60,304 nt of DNA from Myxococcota bacterium (GCA_039208735.1 JBCCQY010000048.1:1-60304), one strand, 5' to 3'; shown: positions 37,491 through 47,496, numbered from the stretch's first letter. Notes: generated by a model from the sequence alone, not told the origin. Translations and numbers: made by a program.

Positions 37491-38891
37491 TCACCCCCGC
37501 TGGCGAACTCGCAGCCCGTGCTTCTTCACAAAGCGCGCCAGCACGTGGCGACTGGATAGCCCCAGCTCTCGCCAGGCCGGTTCTTGATGGCCTCCGTGGC
37601 GGTCGAGGACCGCTTGAACGAGGACCGGATCGAGGGTGCCCGGATCGACCGGTCCGCTGGGTTGTGAGGGCAACGAGGAGGCCTGCATCTCGGGGCCAAG
37701 TTGGTCGAGCACCCCATCGCGGGCGTAAGCAATCGCCGACCAGAGCAACCCTTCGAGCTGCCGTACATGGGTTGTGTAGCGCTCGGTGAGCAATCGGCGG
37801 AGCAGCCGGAAGCTCACCCGAGGCCCGCGATCGAGCTGGCCTTCGGCAAACAACCGTTGTTGAAGACCCTCATCCTCGGCAACGATGCGCCGGATCAAAT
37901 GGACGACGAGCAGGGGAATGTCATCGAGTCGGTCCTCGAGGGGCGGCACGGTCACATGAATCTTGAACCGAGCCCGAAGGTCGTGCTTCAGCGACGCGAG
38001 GTCGCGATTGGTGGCGGCGATGATACGCAAGTCCGACCTTCGTGCGCGAGCCTCGCCAAGCCGGGTGTACTCCCCGTCGTCGGCCACCCGCAGGAGCCGG
38101 GCCTGGACCGGCTCGGGCAACTCGCCAAACTCATCTAAGAACAGTGTCGAACCGTCCGCCTCTCCGATGAGACCGGGGCGAGCCGGCATGCCGGGATTGG
38201 GGTACCCGCGGGTGTTCCCAAAGAGTTCAGCGTCCGCCAGGGACTCGGGAATCGTGGCGGCACTGCGCGTCACCAGCGCGTGGTGACCCCGCCCAGACTG
38301 GGCGTGGAGGGCGCGGGCGACGAATTCCTTGCCGCTTCCAGACGGTCCCGTCACCAGAACGTGCACGCCACGCGCCGAGACGAAGCGTAGGCGCTCCCGA
38401 AAGTGCCAAGAGACGTCGGACTCACCGACCCACCCCGCGGCGTCCGGCCCTCCCCACGGCACCATTTCGGACGCCGAAGGAGGCAGGGGGCGCCGGTGGC
38501 TGACCCGAAGCATGACCCGGTCGCCGAGCTCGATCAGGTCGCCTTCGTGAACGGGGCAGCGCGTGGCCGGTTGTCCGTTCAGCCGCAACGGCAGACGTCC
38601 CAGGTTTTCAATCTCGATCTGGTCCCTGCGCACCGTGACTTGGAGCTGCTTGCGAGAGAGCTGAGGGTCGTTGAGCGGGCCGGTAGGCTCGATCGTACCG
38701 GGTCGGTGGCGGCCCCAAGGCAACGTGCCATGGCGCCCCAACACAGGGTCGCTCTGCCCTTCGAGGTTTGCAAATTCTCCCACCCTTCCCGGAGCTTCGG
38801 GAAAGGCCATGATGCAGAACCCACGTTCCACGGGTTCACCGCGAGGCGGGCCTCGCTCGGGAGACCATTCGTGGGTCGTCGTGTCACTCAT
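37491..38891 (-). CDS. FHA-domain sigma-54 enhancer-binding protein with a non-canonical loop (GYPNPGMP instead of GAFTGA)
   Basis: FHA-like LGR...DPQLSRKQ...NG, GPSGSGKE, ELFGNTRGYPNPGMP, LFLDEFGE, IAATNR and a C-terminal HTH. Confidence 0.88.
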   Translation of the reverse strand: MSDTTTHEWSPERGPPRGEPVERGFCIMAFPEAPGRVGEFANLEGQSDPVLGRHGTLPWGRHRPGTIEPTGPLNDPQLSRKQLQVTVRRDQIEIENLGRLPLRLNGQPATRCPVHEGDLIELGDRVMLRVSHRRPLPPSASEMVPWGGPDAAGWVGESDVSWHFRERLRFVSARGVHVLVTGPSGSGKEFVARALHAQSGRGHHALVTRSAATIPESLADAELFGNTRGYPNPGMPARPGLIGEADGSTLFLDEFGELPEPVQARLLRVADDGEYTRLGEARARRSDLRIIAATNRDLASLKHDLRARFKIHVTVPPLEDRLDDIPLLVVHLIRRIVAEDEGLQQRLFAEGQLDRGPRVSFRLLRRLLTERYTTHVRQLEGLLWSAIAYARDGVLDQLGPEMQASSLPSQPSGPVDPGTLDPVLVQAVLDRHGGHQEPAWRELGLSSRHVLARFVKKHGLRVRQRG

Positions 38892-38961
38892 GAAAGCATG
38901 ATAGTGCGTTTCGATCCAACGTCTCACAACGTCTGCGAACCCAAAGGAATGCGGCGTCGAC

Positions 38962-40647
38962 CTAGGGTTTACGCCGAACGACAGGAGCGACAAGTCCGAG
39001 GCCGAAGAGTGTCATCGGAGCCGTCCCTCCGGTTCCCGAACAGCCACACTCCTCGGGCCCAACGTCGATCGGCGTATTCGGGGGGGTGTCGGGGGGGGCC
39101 TTGGGTTCCTTCGGCTCCTTCGGGTCAGGCGGCGGGGGCTCGCCCGTTGTGGCGTAGGTCTGAGCGGCTCCGCAGCCTTCGTTGCCCGCGCGGTCCTCGG
39201 CGCACAGGGTGACGTCGGTGGTGGTGCCTGCGACAAGCCCCGGTAGCACCACGTGAAAGAGGTCTCCCCCGACAAACCGTGCTGGAACCTCCTCGATGCC
39301 TTGACCAAAGTCGCCTCGCGCAAAGGCTCGGCGAAGTCGGGGTCCGCGGTCGGTGACCACCGCGTCGCGCACGGCGAATCGGACCGTCGTCGGGGTGTCT
39401 GCATCGACGGTGCCAGGCGCTTGTTGGTGCGTGACGATGGGGGGATTGGGATCCGCCATGGCGGGGGCGGTTCCCAGGTAGACGAGATTGGTCTCGGGAA
39501 AGCCCTCCCCTTGGCCCGTGACCGCATCGAGGATGCCATCACCGTCGAAGTCGCCGACGTCGCCCCAAAGTGTAGGGTCGGCGACCGCGGCAAAACCGTC
39601 CTTGGCTGGGCTGAAGGTTCCGGTCCCATCGTTCGTGAGCACCCGTTCGGTGGCCTCCAACGACCACACGATGGCGTCGAAATCGTTGTCGTGGTCGAGA
39701 TCCGCACACGCCACGCCGTTGTCGTCTGCTCCCGGATTGCCCGTGACCCGCGTTCGGGTCTCTTCAACAAATCGGCCCGTGCCGTCGTTGATGAGCAGCT
39801 GTTCGGTGAAGCTCGGACCGATGTTGTCCACCCAGATGTCGAGGTGGCCGTCGCCGTTCACGTCACAGATGCCGGGGTTGTAATGGAAGTTACTCCGCGC
39901 GGGGGCCAAGTTGTCGCTCGCGTCGGTGAAGCGACCGGTGCCGTCGTTTAGCCACAGGGTGTTGTCGCCTGCGTGGGCGTTGATCAGGATGTCGAGGTCA
40001 AAGTCACGATCGGCATCGAACAGGTCCAGATCGTCGTGGTCTTCGCCAGTGGCCCACGTCGTTGGAAGCTGGTCTGAGGCATTCGTGAACGTCCCTGCAC
40101 CGTCGTTGAGGAGCAAATGTGCGAGTTGACCAAGCGGGCCGGACTGCGCGTAGCCATCGGTCACGATGATGTCGAGATCGCCGTCACCGTCCAGGTCGCC
40201 CATGCGCGTCGCCCCGGCCCGAGTGGGCACCGCAGGCAAACGAGCCAGCTGCTCATCGACGAACCTCCCCGTTCCGTCGTTGATGAACAGGGCGGCCGGG
40301 TTTCCCGTGCCATCGGGTACGTAGAGGTCGAGGTCGCCATCGGCATCGATGTCGCCCGCGGCCACCTGCCGAACCCGGCCCGCAAAGCCGCCCATCGCGG
40401 TTGCTGACACTTCCGTGAACTGGGCGGACCCATCGTTTTGGTAAATGCCAAGGCGCTGGGGGAAACCCTCTTCGAAGAACCCCGAGTAGTTCGCGACGAT
40501 CACATCGAGATGGCCGTCGCCGTTGAGGTCATCGGCGCGTAGGTAGTTGGTCCAACACCCTCCGCCTTCACACAACTGGACATCCAAAGCGTCGTCCTGC
40601 GGCACAAGTACGGGCGCAGCGTAGGCTAGGGTCGCGACAAGGAGCAT
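38962..40647 (-). CDS. FG-GAP/VCBS repeat secreted protein with a MYXO-CTERM-like anchor
   Basis: Repeated DxDGDGDLD and NDGTGRF. C-terminus is CGCSGTGGTAPMTLFGLGLVAPVVRRKP. Confidence 0.87.
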   Translation of the reverse strand: MLLVATLAYAAPVLVPQDDALDVQLCEGGGCWTNYLRADDLNGDGHLDVIVANYSGFFEEGFPQRLGIYQNDGSAQFTEVSATAMGGFAGRVRQVAAGDIDADGDLDLYVPDGTGNPAALFINDGTGRFVDEQLARLPAVPTRAGATRMGDLDGDGDLDIIVTDGYAQSGPLGQLAHLLLNDGAGTFTNASDQLPTTWATGEDHDDLDLFDADRDFDLDILINAHAGDNTLWLNDGTGRFTDASDNLAPARSNFHYNPGICDVNGDGHLDIWVDNIGPSFTEQLLINDGTGRFVEETRTRVTGNPGADDNGVACADLDHDNDFDAIVWSLEATERVLTNDGTGTFSPAKDGFAAVADPTLWGDVGDFDGDGILDAVTGQGEGFPETNLVYLGTAPAMADPNPPIVTHQQAPGTVDADTPTTVRFAVRDAVVTDRGPRLRRAFARGDFGQGIEEVPARFVGGDLFHVVLPGLVAGTTTDVTLCAEDRAGNEGCGAAQTYATTGEPPPPDPKEPKEPKAPPDTPPNTPIDVGPEECGCSGTGGTAPMTLFGLGLVAPVVRRKP

Positions 40648-40696
40648 CAAGCCTCCGTGAGGAGCCTCGACTATGGCTGCTGGACGTTGTGACCCG

Positions 40697-41494
40697 CTAC
40701 CGTAGCGGCGGGATGACCTCGCCGTTGCCGCCGACGAAAGGGGCGTGTGCTGAGTCGTAATGAAGCGACGCCCAGTGCTGTGCACGGTCTTTCACTCGGG
40801 TGAGCATGCTGCCAAGGCGCGACGCGGTGATTCGCGGCACGATCCAGTCGGGGATGCTTCCGTCGACCACCAGGCTGGCCTGAAACATGACGAGCACGTG
40901 GTCGTCGTCGACCGCCGCCACCAGCCACGAGCCTCGGTTCCACGACGTGAAGACCGCATCATCGAGGTGGCTTGGCGTAATGCCTTCGATGGGGCTCTTC
41001 GACACCATGGGCCTTACCGTGTCGAGGCCCTCTGGGTACTCCCACCAAGCATGCTCCCAACAGCGGTCCTTTGTAGCCTTCGCCATGCTGACGTTGGCCC
41101 GAGAGCGGACGACGTATTGACGGTCGCGCAACGGCCACGGCAGCGGCACATACCCGTACCAGATGGCTTGGTGGTCGGGGAGCGCCTGCACCAAGAACTC
41201 CGGATTTTCTCCTGGCGAGGCGTGAGGTCCCTGGCAGGCAATCCAGGCCTCGCTGACCGAAGCCTTGGCGAGGACTACCCCGAGCGCGGCGCTGGGGTCA
41301 TCGCCTTGGCCTCGCTGCAGGGTCTGCACCACCTTGCCGTCGCGAAGCCGGGCGCGGTCACTGGCGTCGAGTTTGGGCGGCGAGTGCGTGGCATGGGGAG
41401 CACATAGCGCGAACGCCTGGTTCATCGCCGTGTCCAGCTCCGAGGGGGGCGGGCTTGCGGCATGAGCGAGCCCAACAAACGCCATCCAAACCAC
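40697..41494 (-). CDS. Secreted START/SRPBCC-like lipid-binding protein
   Basis: Signal MVWMAFVGLAHA. YGYVPLPWPLRDRQYV, NRGSW and GSIPDWIV. Confidence 0.72.
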   Translation of the reverse strand: MVWMAFVGLAHAASPPPSELDTAMNQAFALCAPHATHSPPKLDASDRARLRDGKVVQTLQRGQGDDPSAALGVVLAKASVSEAWIACQGPHASPGENPEFLVQALPDHQAIWYGYVPLPWPLRDRQYVVRSRANVSMAKATKDRCWEHAWWEYPEGLDTVRPMVSKSPIEGITPSHLDDAVFTSWNRGSWLVAAVDDDHVLVMFQASLVVDGSIPDWIVPRITASRLGSMLTRVKDRAQHWASLHYDSAHAPFVGGNGEVIPPLR

Positions 41495-41525
41495 GGCTTC
41501 CCTCCTGCCGGGTCATAACCTTCGG

Positions 41526-43334
41526 TCAGGGAACATATCCCCCGATGGCTCCCGTGATCTGGAGGTCTTGGGGGTTGAACGGTAGGGCGTCGTTACCGAG
41601 GATGAGCCCGGGCCACTCGGTTTGCAAGGCTTCAAGCACGACGGGGTTCGCCAGCGTCCCAAACACTTCGAGACCTCCAGGGCCGTCGTCACCGATGTTG
41701 AGGCCCGCGGTGGTGTCGAAGCGCATGCGAACGCCGGCCTCGAGGGTAAGCACAGGGACGGGCTTGATGGTTGGGGAGCCCACGTTGAGTGAACCGATGA
41801 CTCGGTAGGCCAGGCCTAGATTCTGCAGTGTGAGGGGCCGAAGCAAGACTTCATCGGTGCCTTCGCTCCACGAGATGGCCTGGTCGACGCCGCCGACGTG
41901 TCCGAATCCCACACGAGGCAGCTCCAGAAAAGGCATGTAGAGGGCCCCGAGGCCGTTGCCGATGAAGGTGTCGTCTTCGAGCGAGAACAGGTCGCCTTCG
42001 AAGAGGTTGATGCCGTAGCCCCCGTTCATCTCGAGCGTCGACCGCAAGACCCCGGCGGTGCCGCCGTACTCGCCGTGAACGCCATCGCCACCATTGTTGG
42101 CGATGGTGCTATCGAGGATGACCACCCCGCCGTACCCTGCCACTTCGATGCCATGCAGGTCGGCATCCTGGACGGTGCAATGGTCGAACACGACCACGCT
42201 CTCGAAGGTGCTCACGAAGATGGCGCTGCCGACCGTGCGCTCTACCGTCGTGTAGGAGAGCTGAGAGCCATCATCGACCGAATAGGTGCCGAAGTTGATG
42301 CCCGCCCACCGGTCTTCGAGGTCGGCGGGGCCTGTGATGTGGATTTCGGCCCCTTTCTCGCCCCGCGCGACGAGGTGGCCGCCACCATAGTTGCCCACCA
42401 GGATTTTGATGCCGGACCCCATCTGGATGTCGACGCCCGGCCCAATGGTCCAGGTTGTGATTTCCTCCTGGCCCACCGGGCCGATGAGGAGGGGAGCGGG
42501 GTAGTAGCCATTCGGTGCGAGATCGACGACCGAGTAGGGCGCTCCGAGGTTGGACCAAGTGGCGCTGCGGGCGATGACGCCAACCGCGACCTCCACGGTA
42601 GCGCCGTCCTCGAACACGTGGCGGCCCGAAAGCGTGCCCACCGCGTCGGCGGGAATCGAGATCGGCGGCCCCTCGGTATTCTCGAACCGATTGGACTCAA
42701 ACGCGACCGCTTCGCCTGCACCTCTGAACCGCATGCCCGTCCCCAGGCTGTTGCGAATCGTGGTGTGGACCAAAGTGGTGGGGCGCAACACGGTGATGGC
42801 GGCTGGCTCCTCGCCAATGCGCGTGTCGCCCGTTCCCTCGAAGGCGGAGTGGACGAGGCGCGCCAGCCCTTTGCCTTCTTCGATGATCAAGCCAACCCAG
42901 GCGCCTGAACCCCGACGCCGAAACGTGATGGGTGCATCGGGGGTCCCGGTGGCATCGAGAGAACCCGTGGACGCAACAACGATCGCACCGGCCGGGGCGA
43001 TCTCGACGCTTACCCCGGCTGCGATCTCGAGCGCGCCCTGAATCCGCACCTCACCGTCGACCACGTAGGGCACATCGAGGCAGTTCCATGTCGCGTCTTC
43101 AACCAAACTAGGAACGATGATGGGGTCGATGAGTCCCTTGCACTCGGGAGGCTGGACGGCTGGAGTTCCCGTTTCGCCGGTTGGGGACATCGTTGGGCGA
43201 ATGCAACTTCCCGCGTCGCACGTCGCGCCCGCACCAAATGCCTGTTCACATGGAACGTCGGTCTCGCACGGGGTGAGTGCGGTCAGGCAGCCTGTGGCCA
43301 GAATCGTGAAGGGAACGATGCGCTGCAACACCAT
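41526..43334 (-). CDS. Lipoprotein with right-handed beta-helix repeats
   Basis: Lipobox LATG-C. Repeated G(T)xxxPI(T)F...WxG(L/I) modules and NNGGDG-type coils. Confidence 0.75.
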   Translation of the reverse strand: MVLQRIVPFTILATGCLTALTPCETDVPCEQAFGAGATCDAGSCIRPTMSPTGETGTPAVQPPECKGLIDPIIVPSLVEDATWNCLDVPYVVDGEVRIQGALEIAAGVSVEIAPAGAIVVASTGSLDATGTPDAPITFRRRGSGAWVGLIIEEGKGLARLVHSAFEGTGDTRIGEEPAAITVLRPTTLVHTTIRNSLGTGMRFRGAGEAVAFESNRFENTEGPPISIPADAVGTLSGRHVFEDGATVEVAVGVIARSATWSNLGAPYSVVDLAPNGYYPAPLLIGPVGQEEITTWTIGPGVDIQMGSGIKILVGNYGGGHLVARGEKGAEIHITGPADLEDRWAGINFGTYSVDDGSQLSYTTVERTVGSAIFVSTFESVVVFDHCTVQDADLHGIEVAGYGGVVILDSTIANNGGDGVHGEYGGTAGVLRSTLEMNGGYGINLFEGDLFSLEDDTFIGNGLGALYMPFLELPRVGFGHVGGVDQAISWSEGTDEVLLRPLTLQNLGLAYRVIGSLNVGSPTIKPVPVLTLEAGVRMRFDTTAGLNIGDDGPGGLEVFGTLANPVVLEALQTEWPGLILGNDALPFNPQDLQITGAIGGYVP

Positions 43335-43386
43335 GGCCTCCGGACCCGCAGAGCCCTCCCTACCCTGTGGGGGGCCAGTCGCAAGT

Positions 43387-43402
43387 AGGCTGAAGGTTTG
43401 CA
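43387..43402 (+). promoter_or_regulatory. Possible sigma-54 promoter
   Basis: AGGCTGAAGGTTTGCA (GG-N10-GC), about 50 bp upstream of the ATG at 43455. Confidence 0.4.
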
Positions 43403-43454
43403 ACTCTGGTGGTCATGTTCGGTCGCGTTGCCTCGTCTCCAAGGGGATAGGACC

Positions 43455-45689
43455 ATGACCATAAGCCTTCTACCTTTCCTACTCGGTTCGATTGGGGCAA
43501 CCCCTTCTTTTGCGCAAAGCGCAATCGTGGTTCATGCCCCCGGCTCTGCTTCATCGCCGGCCCCTGCCGTGGATCGCCTGGTGGATGACCTCGCGGGCTT
43601 GGGGATGCTCACCGACTGGAACATCTACGATGCGGGTGGGGCCACGCCGTTGGACGCGGAACTTGCGCAGTACGATGCGGTCCTGCTGGTGGCCGACGAC
43701 CAGGGGTTTTTGGACCCCATCCTGTTGGGCGACCGGCTTGCGGGGTTCGTGGACCAGGGCGGTGGAGTCGTCATGGTGGGCGCGGCCCTGGGTAACGCCA
43801 CAGGCGTCGCGGGTGATTTCCTCGACGTCACTCCCGTCCTTCCGGGGCCGATTGAGGTCATTGGAGCGCCGTCGGTGGCCCGTCAGGCGGTCGGCTTTCA
43901 ATGGAAACAAGCCGTGGGGGGCTTCGAAGTGGGCCATCCGACGGTTTATGGATTCAATCGGTTTTCTGAGGGATCTGGAACGACGCGCTTGGCAAACCCG
44001 GTCGTGGCCACCGGAGCGCTCGTGGCGGCCGTTTACGACGATGGCGCGGCGGCGGTGATCGTCCGTCCCGAAGTCGGGCAGAGCGGTCGGGTAGTCGCGC
44101 TCAACGTGTTTCCGTACGCCACAGATCGCGATCCCCGTGGATGGACGGGTGATGGTCACCGACTGATCGTGGAGTCCCTCCTTTGGGCCGGTGGCTACAG
44201 CCGACCTGCCAACACCGCCCAAAATACCACCGCCGGACTGGACTTTGACTGCGACGGGACCGATTCCGCCCTCCAGGCGTTGGTCGACCCGGATGCCCCC
44301 ATCTACGGGGCTTGGCTCGATACCGATGGCAACGGCACGAACGAGACCAGAGAGGTCCTCGGTACTTGTGCGGATCGGGTCGACCCGATCACGAACGCGC
44401 CACTGACGAGCACGGACTTCTTCTTTGATACGACGTCACACGGCTGCACCTACCTGCTGTCCGGCCTGGACGAACTCGATTCGGCCCTGCACGTCGAGGG
44501 CCCCGGAGATGGGCGGTTAGGGCCCGATCCCGCAGGCTCCACGGTGACGGATCCGTTCACCGGCCTGGTTCGTCCGGTGGCCTCGGTGGAGGTGTTTGGT
44601 CCGAACGGCACGCTCGACCAGCAAGCGGTGCTGGAATGCGACAATTGCCCCTTGCACTTCAACCCCGACCAGTACGACATCGACGGTGATGACATCGGGG
44701 ATTTGTGCGATGTGTGCCCGTTCCTGCCGAACACCGCTTCGACGGATTCGGACGGCGATGGCATCGGAGATGCGTGCGACAACTGCATCGATGTCCAGAA
44801 TGCCGTTCAGCGCGACACGGATGGCGATGGGTTTGGGGATGCTTGTGACGTGTGCCTCAACGACTTCGAAATGGCGCTGCGCGACGAGGACCGGTGCGGG
44901 TTCGACGGGCCCGATGGCTTTCCCGATGCGTGCGACAACTGCCCCGACGACTGCAACAAAACCCAAAGCGACATCGATTTGGACGGAGTGGGCGATGTGT
45001 GTGACAACTGCCCTCAGACGCCGAATCCCGACCAGTACGACAATGACCTGGATGGCTACGGGAACGCCTGTGATCCGTGTCCCCGCGATTCCGCGCTCAC
45101 GCCTGACAATGCCGTCGACAGCGACCTTGACGGGGTGGGGGACCCCTGCGATGTCTGCCCCTCCGAGCCCAATCCTAAGCAGCTCGACACGGACCGAGAT
45201 GGGCGGGGTGACGTCTGCGACCGTTGTCCCATCGTGTTTAGTCCAAGCGATGCCGATGAGGATGCGGATGGAATTGGGGATGCATGCGACAATTGCCCGA
45301 ATGATGCGAACGAAGATCAGCAAGATGACGACGGGGATGGCATTGGCAATGCGTGCGATTTATGCCCGACCGTCCTGAACGTCACCGAAGACACCGATCT
45401 CGACGGGTATCCGGATGACTGCGATACCTGCCCCTTTCTGCCCTCCCCCGACAACGCCGATGTCGATGGCGATGGAGTCGGCGACATTTGTGACAACTGC
45501 CCCGCCACCGCAAACCCGGGGCAGCGCGATCGCGATGGGAACTTGGTGGGGGATGTGTGCGAGGCGCCAACCGGGCCCGGCTGTGGGGCTGCGGGGTGCG
45601 GAGGGTGTAGCGGAATGGGCGGCGGACCGAGCCCCGTCGCCTGGTTCGTCGTGGCGTGGGTTGTCGGTCTGCGTCGCTCGCGCAAATGA
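43455..45689 (+). CDS. Secreted thrombospondin type 3 repeat protein with a MYXO-CTERM-like anchor
   Basis: About 12 DxDGDGxGDxCDxC repeats. C-terminus is GCSGMGGGPSPVAWFVVAWVVGLRRSRK. Confidence 0.88.
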   Translation: MTISLLPFLLGSIGATPSFAQSAIVVHAPGSASSPAPAVDRLVDDLAGLGMLTDWNIYDAGGATPLDAELAQYDAVLLVADDQGFLDPILLGDRLAGFVDQGGGVVMVGAALGNATGVAGDFLDVTPVLPGPIEVIGAPSVARQAVGFQWKQAVGGFEVGHPTVYGFNRFSEGSGTTRLANPVVATGALVAAVYDDGAAAVIVRPEVGQSGRVVALNVFPYATDRDPRGWTGDGHRLIVESLLWAGGYSRPANTAQNTTAGLDFDCDGTDSALQALVDPDAPIYGAWLDTDGNGTNETREVLGTCADRVDPITNAPLTSTDFFFDTTSHGCTYLLSGLDELDSALHVEGPGDGRLGPDPAGSTVTDPFTGLVRPVASVEVFGPNGTLDQQAVLECDNCPLHFNPDQYDIDGDDIGDLCDVCPFLPNTASTDSDGDGIGDACDNCIDVQNAVQRDTDGDGFGDACDVCLNDFEMALRDEDRCGFDGPDGFPDACDNCPDDCNKTQSDIDLDGVGDVCDNCPQTPNPDQYDNDLDGYGNACDPCPRDSALTPDNAVDSDLDGVGDPCDVCPSEPNPKQLDTDRDGRGDVCDRCPIVFSPSDADEDADGIGDACDNCPNDANEDQQDDDGDGIGNACDLCPTVLNVTEDTDLDGYPDDCDTCPFLPSPDNADVDGDGVGDICDNCPATANPGQRDRDGNLVGDVCEAPTGPGCGAAGCGGCSGMGGGPSPVAWFVVAWVVGLRRSRK

Positions 45690-45792
45690 CGTGCGCTGAC
45701 CGAGCCTGACTCGACCACCGCAGATGTGAGCTTTCGGGCGCTGTACGGCAAGGGGGTCCCTCGACGGGATTCACGAATCACCGGAGGTGCCT

Positions 45793-47496
45793 TTGCGATG
45801 GACGGCTTCAATGGTTCCCTTGGTCACGTTGGCGTGCTCGTTTCCAGACCGCCCCAACAGACCTTCTCCCCAAGGAATTGACGACAATGCAGAAGAGCGC
45901 CGAGACCGGGCGCGGGGGGACCGAAACGACGGAGACTTCGACAGGCCAACGGTAGAAGAGCGTGAAGTTCGCAACTTCGATGGAACGAACAACAACCTTG
46001 CCAATCCGGAGTGGGGGGCCTCGTTTACGCATCTCGAGCGGTGGGTGCCGGCAGACTATGGCGATGGGCGAGCCACGTTGGCGGGCGCGGAACGCCCCAG
46101 TGCGAGATTGGTTTCGAACCTGATTGCGGCGCAACCCGAAGACGAAGAGGACCCCAACCCGTTTCGGGCCAGCGATTTTGTGTGGCAGTGGGGCCAGTTC
46201 GTCGACCACGACATCGGCCTGACGGACGGCGCAGAGGAACTGGCGCCCATCCTGGTTCCCACCGGGGATCCGTGGTTCGATCCGCAGCGTACCGGAACCC
46301 AGGTCATTCCCTTCAATCGAGCGCTTTTCGACCCCGCAACGGGAACCACAAGCCCGCGCGAACAAGAAAACGAGATCACTGCGTGGATCGACGGTAGCAT
46401 GGTCTACGGCTCGTCCGAGGTTCGGGCGACGGCGTTGCGGGAATCCTCGAACAGCCCGTTTCTCGACACGAGCGGTGGCGACTTGTTGCCCTTCAATCGG
46501 GATGAACTGACCAACGCCAATGGCCCCGTCGCGAACCCGAGTCGGCTGTTTCTGGCTGGCGATGTCCGGGTCAATGAACAGGTGGGCCTGGCCACGATGC
46601 ATACGCTGTTTGTACGCGAACACAATCGATGGGTCCGGGAGCTTGAGGACGAGCGTCCTGACGCCGACGGCGAGGCCCTTTACCAGCAAGCTCGTCGGCT
46701 CGTCATCGCCGAAATCCAGATCATCACCTACGAGGAGTTTCTGCCTGCGCTCATCGGGGCAAACGCGATGCCGGCGTACACGGGCTACGATGCAACCGTC
46801 CACCCGGGTTTGTTCAATGGCTTTTCGGTTGCCGCGTTCCGGCTTGGGCACAGCATGGTCAACCCGCAATTGCGGCGCATCGATGACGATGGACGCACCA
46901 TCGGGGCGGGAAACCTCGATCTTCGGGAGGCGTTTTTCACCGCTCCCCAGGTGCTAGACGGGCGCCGAGACCTCGAACCTATCTTGCGAGGGCTCGCATC
47001 TCAGCGACATCAACGGCTAGACACCCGCGTGGTGGCCCCGCTTCGGAACTTTCTGTTTGGCGAGCCTGGTTCGGGGGGGCTCGATCTGGTCGCCCTGAAC
47101 CTTCAGCGAGGTCGAGACCACGGCGTGCCGAGCTACGTATCCGTGCGTCAGGCGTTGGGGTTGGGGACGGTCACGTCGTTTAGCGACATCACGGCGGATG
47201 TGGATGTCCAGGCGCGCCTTGAAGAGGCGTACGGACAGGTCTTGGCCATCGACCTGTGGGTCGGGGGGCTGGCCGAGGACCCGCTTACCTCCGAGGGGTC
47301 GCAGGTTGGTCCATTGTTTCGGACGATGCTCGTCCGTCAATTTGCCGCGCTCCGGGATGGGGACCGATTTTGGTACACCCGTGACCTGAGTGCCGATGAG
47401 CTAAGCCGCGTCTCGGGCACGCGACTGTCGCAGATCATTCGGGCCAACACCACCATTGGCAACGAGCTATCCGACGACGTCTTCCACGTCCCCTGA
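45793..47496 (+). CDS. Heme peroxidase of the peroxidase-cyclooxygenase (animal peroxidase) superfamily, lipoprotein
   Basis: WGQFVDHD, IDGSMVYG, GDVRVNE, REHN, AFRLGHS, NLQRGRDHG and RDGDRFWY. Lipobox TLA-C. Confidence 0.93.
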   Translation: MRWTASMVPLVTLACSFPDRPNRPSPQGIDDNAEERRDRARGDRNDGDFDRPTVEEREVRNFDGTNNNLANPEWGASFTHLERWVPADYGDGRATLAGAERPSARLVSNLIAAQPEDEEDPNPFRASDFVWQWGQFVDHDIGLTDGAEELAPILVPTGDPWFDPQRTGTQVIPFNRALFDPATGTTSPREQENEITAWIDGSMVYGSSEVRATALRESSNSPFLDTSGGDLLPFNRDELTNANGPVANPSRLFLAGDVRVNEQVGLATMHTLFVREHNRWVRELEDERPDADGEALYQQARRLVIAEIQIITYEEFLPALIGANAMPAYTGYDATVHPGLFNGFSVAAFRLGHSMVNPQLRRIDDDGRTIGAGNLDLREAFFTAPQVLDGRRDLEPILRGLASQRHQRLDTRVVAPLRNFLFGEPGSGGLDLVALNLQRGRDHGVPSYVSVRQALGLGTVTSFSDITADVDVQARLEEAYGQVLAIDLWVGGLAEDPLTSEGSQVGPLFRTMLVRQFAALRDGDRFWYTRDLSADELSRVSGTRLSQIIRANTTIGNELSDDVFHVP

